Origin: Eubacteriales bacterium
GTDB lineage: Bacteria; Bacillota; Clostridia; Oscillospirales; CAG-382
Assembly: GCA_045530975.1 (NCBI GenBank)
Contig: JAZSDB010000189.1
Span: 1-36,901, forward strand
DNA: 36,901 bases
Direction: 5' to 3'
A model generated the notes under the pieces. That model searched no databases and was not told the origin of the DNA. It saw only the letters and a program-made list of their open reading frames with translations. The position numbers and the translations under genes are program-made. Shown piece by piece: positions 8,689 to 18,851 of the stretch (positions within the stretch are counted from its first letter, which is position 1; each line of letters starts with the position of its first letter).

Positions 8689-9854
8689 AATGTTTTGATA
8701 AAGGCCTCCATACGTTCAATGGCCTTTAAGATATGCGAGGGAGAATATGCATAGGATATTCTTGCAAAGCCGGCACCGCTGGCACCGAAAGCACTACCGG
8801 GTACGATAGCACAGCCCTTTTCATAAAGGAGGCGCTCACAAAATTCCTCATCGGGAATACCGAACTTACGAAGGTCGGCAAATACATAGAAGGCGCCGTC
8901 GGGCATAAAGGCATCGATACCTATACGGTTAAGCTCGCTTACGATAAGGTTTCTGCGGCCCTCGTATTCACCCTTCATATATTCGATATCGGGGTCACCG
9001 TTTTTAAGTGCCTCGATGGCGGCATACTGGCTGGTAGTGGGGGCGCACATTATTGCATATTGATGTATTTTTGCAATCTGCTTTGTAAAATATTCGGGAG
9101 CGAGAATATATCCCATACGCCAGCCGGTCATAGCATAGGCCTTTGAAAAGCCGTTGGCAATGATGGTACGCTCTCTCATACCCTCGATAGAAGCGATAGA
9201 AATATGCTTTTCGCCATAGGTGAGCTCGGCATAGATTTCATCGGAAAGGACACAAATATTGGTTTCTCTTATTACCTCTGCAATCGCTTCCAAATCTTCC
9301 TTGCGCATTACAGAGCCGGTAGGGTTATTGGGAAAAGGAAGCACCAAAAGCTTGGTTTTTTCGGTTATGGCAGCTTTTAACTGCTCTGCTGTGAGGCGGA
9401 AGCCGTTATCTGCTGTAAGAGGAACAGGAACTGCCACCCCGCCTGCCAAAGTGGCAAGAGGGCCATAGCAGACAAAGCTGGGCTCGGGCACGATTACCTC
9501 GTCGCCCGGATCGATAACCGCTCTCATTGCGATATCGATTGCCTCACTGCCGCCAACGGTAACAATGATTTCGGAAGCGGCATCATATTCCAGCCCGAAA
9601 CGGCGCTTTTGATAATTTGCAATTTCCTCGCGCATTTCCATCATACCGTTATTGGAGGTATAATATGTAAGCCCCTCCTCAAGGGAGCGGATACCTGCAT
9701 TACGGATATGCCAAGGGGTTACAAAGTCGGGCTGACCTACGGTAAGACCAACCACATCCTTCATTTCATTGAGAATATCGAAAAACTTTCGTATTCCCGA
9801 GGGTTTTATATCTGTTATTGTAGCCGAAAGGCTTTTTGACGGATCGAATTTCAC
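8685..9854 (-). CDS. PLP-dependent aminotransferase, class I/II (aspartate/aromatic type)
   Basis: KPSGIRKFFD N-terminus, NPTGSV, and the PLP-lysine motif SKAYAMTGWRMGY. Length is 389 aa. Substrate cannot be inferred by eye. Confidence 0.88.
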   Translation of the reverse strand: MKFDPSKSLSATITDIKPSGIRKFFDILNEMKDVVGLTVGQPDFVTPWHIRNAGIRSLEEGLTYYTSNNGMMEMREEIANYQKRRFGLEYDAASEIIVTVGGSEAIDIAMRAVIDPGDEVIVPEPSFVCYGPLATLAGGVAVPVPLTADNGFRLTAEQLKAAITEKTKLLVLPFPNNPTGSVMRKEDLEAIAEVIRETNICVLSDEIYAELTYGEKHISIASIEGMRERTIIANGFSKAYAMTGWRMGYILAPEYFTKQIAKIHQYAIMCAPTTSQYAAIEALKNGDPDIEYMKGEYEGRRNLIVSELNRIGIDAFMPDGAFYVFADLRKFGIPDEEFCERLLYEKGCAIVPGSAFGASGAGFARISYAYSPSHILKAIERMEAFIKTL

Positions 9855-10330
9855 CAGCTGTTTCCTCTTTTATCTACGGATTCGTTGTTATAAATAACTC
9901 CATTTTCCTTATACTTCTGGAGCTCAAAATGGGTTGCGGTAGCTGTTACGCCCTCGATGGTAGCCAATTTTTCGGCAACGAAGAAGGCCACATCACGCAT
10001 ATTTGCACATTCAACGGTGATTGCAAGGTCAAAACCGCCGGACATAAGGGATACAGATCTTACTTCGGGGAAAAGGCAGATGCGCTCTGCCACAGAATCG
10101 AAGCCCTTATCTCTTTGGGGAATGGTTTTGAGCTCGATAAGTGCGGTAACGCTGCTCTTTCCGGTTTTTTCCCAATTAATGGCTGTATTGTAATTCATAA
10201 TGGTGCCATCGGCCTCGCACTCCGCTATAATAGCTGAAACCTCCGCTACGGTGATACCGAGCATTGTAGCAATGTCGGAATGGGACATACGGGCATCCTT
10301 TTCGAGATAGGCAAGTATTCTTTCTTTCAT
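9851..10330 (-). CDS. Lrp/AsnC-family transcriptional regulator
   Basis: 159 aa. N-terminal helix-turn-helix (SHSDIATMLGITVAEVSAII) plus a C-terminal ligand-binding alpha/beta domain. It has a 4-nt overlap with the aminotransferase start. Confidence 0.85.
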   Translation of the reverse strand: MKERILAYLEKDARMSHSDIATMLGITVAEVSAIIAECEADGTIMNYNTAINWEKTGKSSVTALIELKTIPQRDKGFDSVAERICLFPEVRSVSLMSGGFDLAITVECANMRDVAFFVAEKLATIEGVTATATHFELQKYKENGVIYNNESVDKRGNSW

Positions 10331-10345
10331 GATGTTCCTCCTGAA

Positions 10346-11170
10346 TTATATTTTAACAGAATATTTATTTCGTTTATCAAAGCAGGTTAAGTTTTGGAAG
10401 CCGATGGCTTTGAGCATCTCCGACGCTTCCTTTATTCCCGCACCTACATCGCAGGCGTGGTGAGCATCACTGCCCACGGTGATATCTCTGCCGCCTAGCT
10501 CGTAATAAAAGCGGAGCAGGTCCTCATTGGGCAGGCATTCGCCCATTATCTGACGCAGGCCTGAGGTATTACATTCCAGAGTGATTTGCGATTTGATAAC
10601 CGCCTGCAAAATCGGCTCGAAATATTCTCTTCCCTTTCCCTTTATATCGGGAAATTCGCTAATACCGTTCATCAGGAAATAGCGCTTGGGATAGGTTATA
10701 TGTGTGAGCACATCAAAATCACCCCAGGCAATGGTATCCAGCATTTCGGAAATATATTTCTCCCAAAGGGAAATATATTCGTTTTTGGTAAGGGACTTAA
10801 GGTCGGTATCGGCAAAATCGATAATCCCCCTTACAGCGTGCACCGAGCCAAGAACAATATCATATTCTCTGCTGTGGATTTGCTCCTTCGCCTCTATTGG
10901 CATATGGGTAGCTTGTCCCAATTCTATGCCCTGAAGAATTTTGAGCTTTGCGCCGAATTCATCTCTTGCGGCATAAATATCTCTTTCCACCGCTTCGTGG
11001 TCAAGAGGAGGAAAGTATCCATCGTAAATGCCGTCTATATCGAAATGGTCGGTTATAGCAATACTGCTTATCCCCTTTTCTATGGCGGCCAGGCAGAGTT
11101 CTCTTACAGAATTGCCCCTGCCCGGGGGAATATCGCCTGAATATTGTGTGTGAGTGTGATTGTCAAACAT
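10346..11170 (-). CDS. PHP-domain phosphoesterase, histidinol-phosphatase (HisJ) family
   Basis: MFDNHTHTQYS metal-binding N-terminus, ITDH, SVHA, and GSDAHH near the C-terminus. Length is 274 aa. Confidence 0.8.
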   Translation of the reverse strand: MFDNHTHTQYSGDIPPGRGNSVRELCLAAIEKGISSIAITDHFDIDGIYDGYFPPLDHEAVERDIYAARDEFGAKLKILQGIELGQATHMPIEAKEQIHSREYDIVLGSVHAVRGIIDFADTDLKSLTKNEYISLWEKYISEMLDTIAWGDFDVLTHITYPKRYFLMNGISEFPDIKGKGREYFEPILQAVIKSQITLECNTSGLRQIMGECLPNEDLLRFYYELGGRDITVGSDAHHACDVGAGIKEASEMLKAIGFQNLTCFDKRNKYSVKI

Positions 11171-11183
11171 AGTAACCTAAATA

Positions 11184-14100
11184 TTAAAACATTGAAATTT
11201 GGTCGGTTAAGGGAAGGTCGCCAAAGCAATTATTCTTGGTTAACAAATCCATTACCGATTTGTTGATATTTGCCTTTACCTGCAGAGTGGCTACGGTATC
11301 TGCCTCGCCGTTTTTTACAACCTCCACAATCTTTTCTGCCACAGACTGGCCCAGACCGTTCAAGGCGCAAAGGGGAAGGCGGATTTTTCCGTCCTCGGGA
11401 ACAAAGGCGGTGGCTTCGGATTTTCCGATAGCTACAGGGAGGAAGCGATAACCTCTTTCGAACATTTCTATAACCATTCTCATAAAGATTATGCTGTCTT
11501 CTTCCTTCTTGGTGGGGTTTGGCATAGCTCGGATAGCGGCTATGCGTTCCTTTATCTTTGCCTTACCTGCCATAACCAATTCACCGTCGAAATTATCTGC
11601 TTTAACCGTGAAGTAGGTAGCATAATAGGCAACGGGGTGATAGATTTTAAACCAGGCAAGGCGGAGAGATGCGATAGTATAGGCCGCCGCATGGGCCTTG
11701 GGGAACATATACTGAATTTTATTACAGGAATCGATATACCACTGAGGCACGTCGCAGGCCTTCATTGCCTCCTCTATTTCGGGAGTTAAACCCTTACCCT
11801 TTCGGGTACGCTCCATAGCATTGAAAGCCACTGCGGAATCCAAGCCCTTATGCATAAGGTAAACCATTATGCTGTCACGAGTACCGATAATCTGATCGAT
11901 GGTGCAGACCTTATTCTCTATAAGCTCCTTACCGTTACCCAGCCATATACCCGTACCGTGAGAAAGGCCCGCTATCTGAACAAGGTCGGCAAAGGCCTTT
12001 GGCTTTGCATCGATAATCATCTGTATGGAATAATCAGTACCGAACTCGGGAATGCCCAAGGTACCTATGGGGCAATCTATTTGTTCGGGAGTGACACCGA
12101 TGGGTTTTGTGGAGGCAAAAAGCTCGATTACGTTTTTATCGTTCATAGGAACGTCACGGACATCGATGCCGGTATAGTTTTCCAGAATATGATAATAGGT
12201 GGGCACATCATGGCCCAGCATATCCAATTTAAGGATAGTATCGTGCAGGTATTCAAATGCAAAGTGGGTGGTGATAACGCCGCTCTCTTCCTTGTTTGCA
12301 GGGTACTGCACGGGAGTAAAGTCGAATATTTCATATTCTTTCGGAATAACGACAATACCGCCCGGGTGCTGGCCTGTTGTACGTCTTACACCTACAAAGC
12401 CCTGCGCCAAGCGTGCCTGCTCGGCTTTGGTAAGGGTATAGCCCTCTTCCTCCAAAAACTTCTTTACAAATCCAAAGCAGTTTTTATCCTGAAGAGTACC
12501 AACCGTTCCTGCACGGAAAATATTTTCTTTGCCGAAAAGAACTTCGGTATATTTATGAGCTTCGGATTGAATATAGCCCGAGAAATTAAGGTCAATATCG
12601 GGAGCCTTTTCACCGTGGAAGCCAAGGAATGTTTCAAAGGGGATATCGTGGCCGTCGGGAAGCATTGGAGTACCGCAATGAGGGCAATCCTTATTGGGCA
12701 GGTCAAAGCCCGAGCCCACAGAGCCATCGGTGAAAAATTCGGAATATTTACATTTAGGGCAGGCATAATGGGGAGGCAGCGGGTTAACCTCGGAAATTTT
12801 CGCCAGAGTAGCGATAAAGGAGGAACCAACAGAGCCACGGGAGCCCACAAGGAAGCCGTGCTCTTCACTGTATTGAACAAGACGTCTTGCAATAACATAA
12901 AGAACCGCAAAGCCATTCTTTATGATAGATGTAAGCTCTTTATCCATACGGTTTTTTACCAGCTCGGGAATTTCGCCGTTAAAGCCGTATTTTTCGATAG
13001 CGGTCTGAAGGCAGAGTTCTTGCAGCTCTTCCTCAGCACCTTCGATTTTGGGAGTATAGGTACCCTCGGGAATAGGACGTACATCATCGAAGGATTCGAT
13101 AACCTTTTTGGGGTTTTCGATAACCACACGTCTTGCCTCTTCCTCACCAAGGTAGGCAAATTCGGCAAGCATTTCTTCGGTAGTACGGAAATATATACCC
13201 GTTTCGCTCATTGCATCGGGGAATTTCATACCGCGCATCATTATCTGACGGTAAATCTCATCCTCCGGGTCCATAAAATGAACGTCGCCCGTTGCCACAA
13301 CAAGCTTTTTCTTCTTTTCGGCTATCTGAATTATCTTGCGCACGTTTTCGTGGAGCTGTTCCTTGGTTGCAAGACCCTTTTCGATAAGGAATTGGTTGTT
13401 GCAATCGGGCTGGATTTCAAGATAATCGTAAAAGCTTGCTATTTCCTCCAAAACGTCATCGGGTTTGCCGTCAAGGATAGCCGAATAGAGCTCACCCGAT
13501 GCACAGGCAGAGCCCAAAACAAGACCTTCACGGTACTCCTCCAACAGGGTTTTGGGGATACGGGGATGCTTTTTGTAATAATCTATATAGGAGCGGGAAA
13601 CCAATTTATAAAGGTTTTTCAATCCCACAAGATTTTTAACCAATATAACGATATGTCTTGTGCGCAGATGCTTCGGATTGGCATTTTGTGCCATTTCGTT
13701 ATTAAGGTCATCGATATCGTAAATACCGTTGAGATTAAGCTTTTCGGACATACGCTCGAAAATTTTTGCCAGCATTTCGGTATCGGCATCGGCCCTATGG
13801 TGGTCGAACTCGCCGAGATTGTAATACTTCGCCAGAGAATCAAGAGTATGCTTTTTCAGGTCGCTATTAATATATCGGGAGACAGCGACGGTATCAAGAT
13901 AGGCATTTTCACATTGAATACCGTAATCGTCTGCCACACGACGGATAAAGGAAACGTCGAAATTGGCATTATGGGCAACCAGCATACTGTTGCCGCAGAA
14001 TTCAAGGAAGCTGCGAACCGCTTCTTCTTCCGAGGGGGCATCCTTAACCATTTCATCGGTGATGCCGGTGAGCTCGGTTATTCTTTCGGGGATAGGCATA

Positions 14101-15569
14101 TTGGGGTTGACAAAGCTATCGAACCTGCCAATGATCTCCCCCGATTTATATTTAAGTGCACCGATCTGGGTAATACCGCAGTTTTTCGGTGAAAGACCGG
14201 TGGTTTCAATGTCGAAGATAATAAATTCCGAATCGGCAAAGCGGGCTTTTTTACTTGTATCATAGCGATATACCGCACGGGCGGTATCGTCTACAAGGTA
14301 GCCCTCTATACCGTAAATGGGCTTTACATTGGGGTATTTTTTTGATGCATTGAGAACGATAGGATATGCCTGCAAGGTACCGTGGTCGGTAAATGCAACG
14401 GCAGGCATTCCCCACTGGGAGGCACGTGCCATTATATCCTCGGGGTCGGAAAGAGCATCAAGGGCGGACATATTTGTATGGAGGTGGAGCTCAACACGCT
14501 TTTCCTCGGCATTATCCTGTCTGCCGACAACCTTACACTTGCTTATTGACTTTACATTTATGGTAAGCTCGTTATCCTCTTCCAGTGTTTTGGTATCTCT
14601 ATTATAAATCTTACGGTATGCCGCCTTACCCGAAATAAGCACATAGGCAGGTGCTTTTATCTTGGGAGCATCCTTTTTATCGCAGGAAAAACGGGCGGTT
14701 ATAGATGCCGCAAGGTCGGTAATATACAAGGTATAAGCAACCTTATTTCCCTCGTACAGGTCCTTGGTTTCCACCATAAACAGCTTGCCGCCCACACATA
14801 CGGAGGTGCCGTTTTTAAGATTGGAAATAGGGGTGAAATTCCAATTCTTGCGGTCGCCCAAAATGGGCTCGGGAGAGGTGACATCGAGGGTAATTTTACC
14901 CAAACGAACAAGACGCTTATCTCCGGATTCAAAATAATAAGCATCATTAACCTCCTCATTTGAGAAGGAGGCACGGGGAGGCGCATCGTCTTTTTTTCTT
15001 TCGGGTTGTTCCTCGATGATCTTCCTCTGTTGTGCAATTACTTCTATAAGCTGACCCTCACGGGGGTTATAATACGACGTTACATCGATATCGTCATATT
15101 CAAATTCTACCTGTATATCCTTGCCAAACTGTTTAAGCACACATTGCGATATAAATCTGTTTGCACCATTGGCAAGGGGAATGGCGGCAGTAATATTGCT
15201 TTTCAAAAATATTTTGAGGGTGCTTGAAAGCATATCATATTGATATGTAGCATCATCAAAAAAGGCATAATCCAATTCCGAGGAGCGCTTTAAAACAGCA
15301 ATTACATCCTCTGCATAGGTTTCATCAAACTCAACCGACCTATATCTGGGATAAATACGGACACTATTGAGCTTATAAGAGGATTGAATTTCGTCTTCGA
15401 TGGCAAACAATTCCTGCGGAGGTATGTAGCAGGAGAAAAACACATCGATTACTACAGACAGGTTTTCCCTATCTATCTTCACGCAAAAATTGTCCATCTC
15501 GGATATTGTTTCCTTCATTTTTTCGGTGAAGGAAGCTTTTTTAAATTTATCTAAAAATGTATTAAGCAT
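11184..15569 (-). CDS. polC: DNA polymerase III alpha subunit, PolC type
   Basis: 1461 aa. PHP motif ELHLHTNMSALD. Inserted DEDD 3'-5' exonuclease (FIIFDIETTGL, AHNANFDVSF, HRADADT). Zinc module CPKC...CPHCG. Pol III alpha core. Confidence 0.97.
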   Translation of the reverse strand: MLNTFLDKFKKASFTEKMKETISEMDNFCVKIDRENLSVVIDVFFSCYIPPQELFAIEDEIQSSYKLNSVRIYPRYRSVEFDETYAEDVIAVLKRSSELDYAFFDDATYQYDMLSSTLKIFLKSNITAAIPLANGANRFISQCVLKQFGKDIQVEFEYDDIDVTSYYNPREGQLIEVIAQQRKIIEEQPERKKDDAPPRASFSNEEVNDAYYFESGDKRLVRLGKITLDVTSPEPILGDRKNWNFTPISNLKNGTSVCVGGKLFMVETKDLYEGNKVAYTLYITDLAASITARFSCDKKDAPKIKAPAYVLISGKAAYRKIYNRDTKTLEEDNELTINVKSISKCKVVGRQDNAEEKRVELHLHTNMSALDALSDPEDIMARASQWGMPAVAFTDHGTLQAYPIVLNASKKYPNVKPIYGIEGYLVDDTARAVYRYDTSKKARFADSEFIIFDIETTGLSPKNCGITQIGALKYKSGEIIGRFDSFVNPNMPIPERITELTGITDEMVKDAPSEEEAVRSFLEFCGNSMLVAHNANFDVSFIRRVADDYGIQCENAYLDTVAVSRYINSDLKKHTLDSLAKYYNLGEFDHHRADADTEMLAKIFERMSEKLNLNGIYDIDDLNNEMAQNANPKHLRTRHIVILVKNLVGLKNLYKLVSRSYIDYYKKHPRIPKTLLEEYREGLVLGSACASGELYSAILDGKPDDVLEEIASFYDYLEIQPDCNNQFLIEKGLATKEQLHENVRKIIQIAEKKKKLVVATGDVHFMDPEDEIYRQIMMRGMKFPDAMSETGIYFRTTEEMLAEFAYLGEEEARRVVIENPKKVIESFDDVRPIPEGTYTPKIEGAEEELQELCLQTAIEKYGFNGEIPELVKNRMDKELTSIIKNGFAVLYVIARRLVQYSEEHGFLVGSRGSVGSSFIATLAKISEVNPLPPHYACPKCKYSEFFTDGSVGSGFDLPNKDCPHCGTPMLPDGHDIPFETFLGFHGEKAPDIDLNFSGYIQSEAHKYTEVLFGKENIFRAGTVGTLQDKNCFGFVKKFLEEEGYTLTKAEQARLAQGFVGVRRTTGQHPGGIVVIPKEYEIFDFTPVQYPANKEESGVITTHFAFEYLHDTILKLDMLGHDVPTYYHILENYTGIDVRDVPMNDKNVIELFASTKPIGVTPEQIDCPIGTLGIPEFGTDYSIQMIIDAKPKAFADLVQIAGLSHGTGIWLGNGKELIENKVCTIDQIIGTRDSIMVYLMHKGLDSAVAFNAMERTRKGKGLTPEIEEAMKACDVPQWYIDSCNKIQYMFPKAHAAAYTIASLRLAWFKIYHPVAYYATYFTVKADNFDGELVMAGKAKIKERIAAIRAMPNPTKKEEDSIIFMRMVIEMFERGYRFLPVAIGKSEATAFVPEDGKIRLPLCALNGLGQSVAEKIVEVVKNGEADTVATLQVKANINKSVMDLLTKNNCFGDLPLTDQISMF

Positions 15570-16617
15570 TTATAATTTCCTTGATTTCAGACATTAAAGT
15601 AGGAATAATTTCGGATTCGTTAATTTTTCTGACCACTTCCCCTTTACGGAAAAGAAGTCCGTCACCGTTGCCGCAGGCAACACCTACATCTGCATGCTTT
15701 GCCTCGCCGGGACCGTTTACGGCACAGCCCATAAGGGCAACCGTAACACGGCGGTTGGTAACAATTTTGGAGGTTTCCCTTTCCAACTGTTCTACCAAAG
15801 GAATGAGGTTTGTCATTGTTCTTCCGCAGGTAGGACAGGAAACAATATTTATTCCTCCGCCGATACCGCAACAGAAAAGTATATCCTTTGCGGCGGCAAT
15901 TTCCAAAACAGGGTCGGCAGTGAGGGAAACACGGACGGTATTGCCTATACCCTTGATAAGCAAGCTACCTATACCGATTGCGGATTTGATATTTCCTCTG
16001 CGCAGGTCGCCCGTTTCGGTAACACCGATATGCAACGGATACTCGCATCTGTCGGAAAGAATTTCGGCAGCAGTAACCATTGTTTTTACATCGGAGCTTT
16101 TTACTGAGAGAACAATATCGTAAAAGCCGCACTGCTCCAACATTCTTGCATTGGAGAGAGCGCTTTCGGCCAAGGCCTCGGCGGTGGGGCCGCCGTATTT
16201 TTCAAGCATTGCCTTTTCTGCAGAGCCGCCGTTTATACCGATACGGATAGGTATATTTTTTGCTTTACAGATAGAAGCAACCTTTTTTATATTTTCCTTA
16301 TCCCCTATATTGCCCGGGTTGATACGAATTTTTGAAATACCTCTTTCTGCGGCCGCAATAGCCAGACGGTAATCAAAATGAATATCAGCAACAAGGGGTA
16401 TGGAAGAATTTTCCACGTAATAAGGGATGGCCTCTGCCGCCTCCATATCGTTGACGGTAAAGCGCACAATATCACACCCTGCCGCAGAAAGAGATTTTAT
16501 CTGCGCCAGCGTGGATTCCCTGTCGGCGGTTTTTGTATTGGTCATAGACTGTATGGCAATAGGATGAGTGCCGCCGATATATTTATTTCCGATTTTAATT
16601 TCTTTTGTTAATTTCAT
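15562..16617 (-). CDS. ispG: 4-hydroxy-3-methylbut-2-en-1-yl diphosphate synthase (IspG/GcpE)
   Basis: GcpE TIM-barrel region (IRFTVND, IRINPGNIG) and a C-terminal Fe-S module (VSCPTCGRT ... MGCAVNGPGE). It has an 8-nt overlap with polC. Confidence 0.94.
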   Translation of the reverse strand: MKLTKEIKIGNKYIGGTHPIAIQSMTNTKTADRESTLAQIKSLSAAGCDIVRFTVNDMEAAEAIPYYVENSSIPLVADIHFDYRLAIAAAERGISKIRINPGNIGDKENIKKVASICKAKNIPIRIGINGGSAEKAMLEKYGGPTAEALAESALSNARMLEQCGFYDIVLSVKSSDVKTMVTAAEILSDRCEYPLHIGVTETGDLRRGNIKSAIGIGSLLIKGIGNTVRVSLTADPVLEIAAAKDILFCCGIGGGINIVSCPTCGRTMTNLIPLVEQLERETSKIVTNRRVTVALMGCAVNGPGEAKHADVGVACGNGDGLLFRKGEVVRKINESEIIPTLMSEIKEIINA

Positions 16618-16619
16618 AA

Positions 16620-17705
16620 TTACAACAATTTACTTACATCATTAAAGGCCACAAAGATCATCAATGTGAGCAAAAGCACGGTAAAAGCTACGCTTATTTT
16701 CTGCTCTATTTTTTTATCCATTGGCTTACGTCGGATGGCCTCTATAATATAGAAAAGCAGTCTGCCGCCGTCAAGAACAGGTATGGGCAACAGATTGAAA
16801 ACGCCGAGAGAAATGGATATCATTACCATCATTGTAGCAATGCTTTGTACCGATTCTACCAAATTATTGCTTTGCTCGATGGCCTGATTGATTTCGCCGC
16901 CAACTGCGATAGGACCGCCCACGGCTTCCATTCCGTAACGTCCCGTAAAGGTATCTTTTAATGAATCCAAGGTCATATATACGGTGGAAACCGATTGCCA
17001 GAAGGATTCATACAAAACATTTCCAACCGTTTTTTCCTTACCGTACACATAGAAATCCATCGTACCGAAGGCCACGCCCTCCTCGGTTTCCTGACCGAAG
17101 CGGACATCCTGAAGCTGAACCCTTGAAGGGTTTCCGTCTTTATCTCTGCGCACAACGGTAATATCCATCGGTTCTATACCGTCAGAAGCGATTTTATACG
17201 CCATATCGCTGTAGCAATGGATTTTCTTTCCGTTGATTTCAACTATTTCATCATTTAATTGAAGTCCGTATTGTTGAGAAACGCTGTTATCAACAAAACG
17301 TCCGATAACCGTAGAACCGATACCCCTGCCGGTTGCAACCAGAACAAGCATTATCAGCAGCGCCAGAAGCAAATTCATAATCGGGCCTGCGATGACAATG
17401 ATTATTCTTTTCCAAACGGGGCGTGAATCGATGGGAAGCTTATATTTATGCTCCTCCGGTAATTCCTCATCGGTTTCACCCACCATATTAACGAAGCCGC
17501 CTATGGGAATGGCACGGATAGAAAAATCGTTGTATTTTCCCTTCCATGTCTTTACAACAGGGCCCATACCAATAGAAAATTCTATAATACCAACGCCAAA
17601 CTTACGGGCGAAAATATAATGTCCGAACTCGTGCACAAAGATAAGTACACCGAACATCAGCACCGTTACAAGGACGGTAACCAGAGATTGAAACATTAAA
17701 ATCAC
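16620..17705 (-). CDS. rseP: RIP zinc metalloprotease RseP/RasP (M50 site-2 protease)
   Basis: HEFGHY zinc motif in TM1, a central PDZ-like region, and NLLPIPVLDGG in a late TM segment. Confidence 0.92.
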   Translation of the reverse strand: MILMFQSLVTVLVTVLMFGVLIFVHEFGHYIFARKFGVGIIEFSIGMGPVVKTWKGKYNDFSIRAIPIGGFVNMVGETDEELPEEHKYKLPIDSRPVWKRIIIVIAGPIMNLLLALLIMLVLVATGRGIGSTVIGRFVDNSVSQQYGLQLNDEIVEINGKKIHCYSDMAYKIASDGIEPMDITVVRRDKDGNPSRVQLQDVRFGQETEEGVAFGTMDFYVYGKEKTVGNVLYESFWQSVSTVYMTLDSLKDTFTGRYGMEAVGGPIAVGGEINQAIEQSNNLVESVQSIATMMVMISISLGVFNLLPIPVLDGGRLLFYIIEAIRRKPMDKKIEQKISVAFTVLLLTLMIFVAFNDVSKLL

Positions 17706-17711
17706 TCCAAA

Positions 17712-18842
17712 TTAAATACGGGAAGCAACATAAGCTCTTGCCTCTTTATCGGAAGCAAGAATATCCTCCAAGGTGGGGGTTTCGATAAATTCTACCTTTT
17801 CGGTGGCTTCTATTACCACATCAAAAAGCTGAGTAAAGCCGATCTTACCCTTGAGGAAAAGGGCAACCGCTTCCTCATTGGCGCCGTTCATAACGGCAGG
17901 ATTGTTTCCTCCCCTTGTAATAGCTTGACGGGCAAGAGCAAGCAAGGGGAAATTTGTTGTGTCGGGCTCCTTAAAGTCCAGCTGTTTTCCGAAAAGATTT
18001 AAGCTTTCGGCAGGAGAAGGCAGACGCTGAGGATAGGTTATAGCATATTGTATGCAGAGACGCATATCCGGCATACCCAGCTGAGCGATAATTGCATTAT
18101 CCTCGAACTCTACAAGGGAGTGGACAATACTTTGAGGGTGGATAACCACCTCAACCTGCTGAGGGTCCACATCAAAGAGGTGAACTGCCTCTATCAGCTC
18201 CAAGCCCTTATTCATAAGACTGGCGCTGTCCACAGAAATCTTTTTGCCCATATTCCATTTGGGATGCTTTACCGCCATTTCGGGGGTTACGTCCTTTAAA
18301 AAGGCATAATCCTTTCCGAGAAATGGGCCGCCGGAGCCGGTGAGAAGGATTTTCTTTACAGGAGCACCGCCCTGAATACATTGAAAAATAGCAGAGTGCT
18401 CGCTATCAACGGGAAGCAGGACACTATTTCCCTTCTTGACCGCATTTGTAACCAGCTTACCGCCCGCAACCAAGGTTTCTTTATTGGCAAAGGCAATTTT
18501 CTTGCCCTTGTTTGCCGCTGCGATAGTGGGGCGCAGGCCTGTCATTCCGAGGACGGCATTTACCAACAGAGGAGATTTATCCTCCGAGGCCAATTCCTCC
18601 AAGCCCTCATCACCGCAAAGGATTTTCACATCCATATCACTAAGCGCAAGCTTTAAATCGGAATAATGACTTTCGCCTATACAAACAGCCGAAGGGCGGA
18701 ATTCACGGACCTGAGACTCCAGCAATTTAACATTGGAATTGGCAGAAAGCGCAGTGACGCGAAGGTTTAGATTCCGCGCCACATCCAAAGTTTGAGTTCC
18801 TATTGAGCCGGTTGAACCCAGCAAAGAAATATTCTTATCCAT
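17712..18842 (-). CDS. dxr: 1-deoxy-D-xylulose 5-phosphate reductoisomerase (Dxr)
   Basis: LLGSTGSIGTQTLDV NADPH-binding motif, ANKE, VDSEHSAIFQC and a NAANE-like segment (NGANEEAV). Length is 376 aa. Confidence 0.95.
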   Translation of the reverse strand: MDKNISLLGSTGSIGTQTLDVARNLNLRVTALSANSNVKLLESQVREFRPSAVCIGESHYSDLKLALSDMDVKILCGDEGLEELASEDKSPLLVNAVLGMTGLRPTIAAANKGKKIAFANKETLVAGGKLVTNAVKKGNSVLLPVDSEHSAIFQCIQGGAPVKKILLTGSGGPFLGKDYAFLKDVTPEMAVKHPKWNMGKKISVDSASLMNKGLELIEAVHLFDVDPQQVEVVIHPQSIVHSLVEFEDNAIIAQLGMPDMRLCIQYAITYPQRLPSPAESLNLFGKQLDFKEPDTTNFPLLALARQAITRGGNNPAVMNGANEEAVALFLKGKIGFTQLFDVVIEATEKVEFIETPTLEDILASDKEARAYVASRI

Positions 18843-18851
18843 AGCAGACCT

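Noticed and set aside
11850-14192. A 780-aa ORF on the + strand, antisense to polC. Similar long antisense ORFs occur at 2594-4021 (475 aa, opposite addA), 28929-30338 (469 aa, opposite uvrB) and 1043-1828 (opposite addA).
   Set aside because: The opposite strand encodes unmistakable conserved proteins across the full length. The antisense translations are low-complexity and rich in Ile/Phe/Lys/Gly, with no motifs. They have no SD-linked starts. Their length is best explained by codon bias on the sense strand avoiding the codons that would read as stops in antisense.
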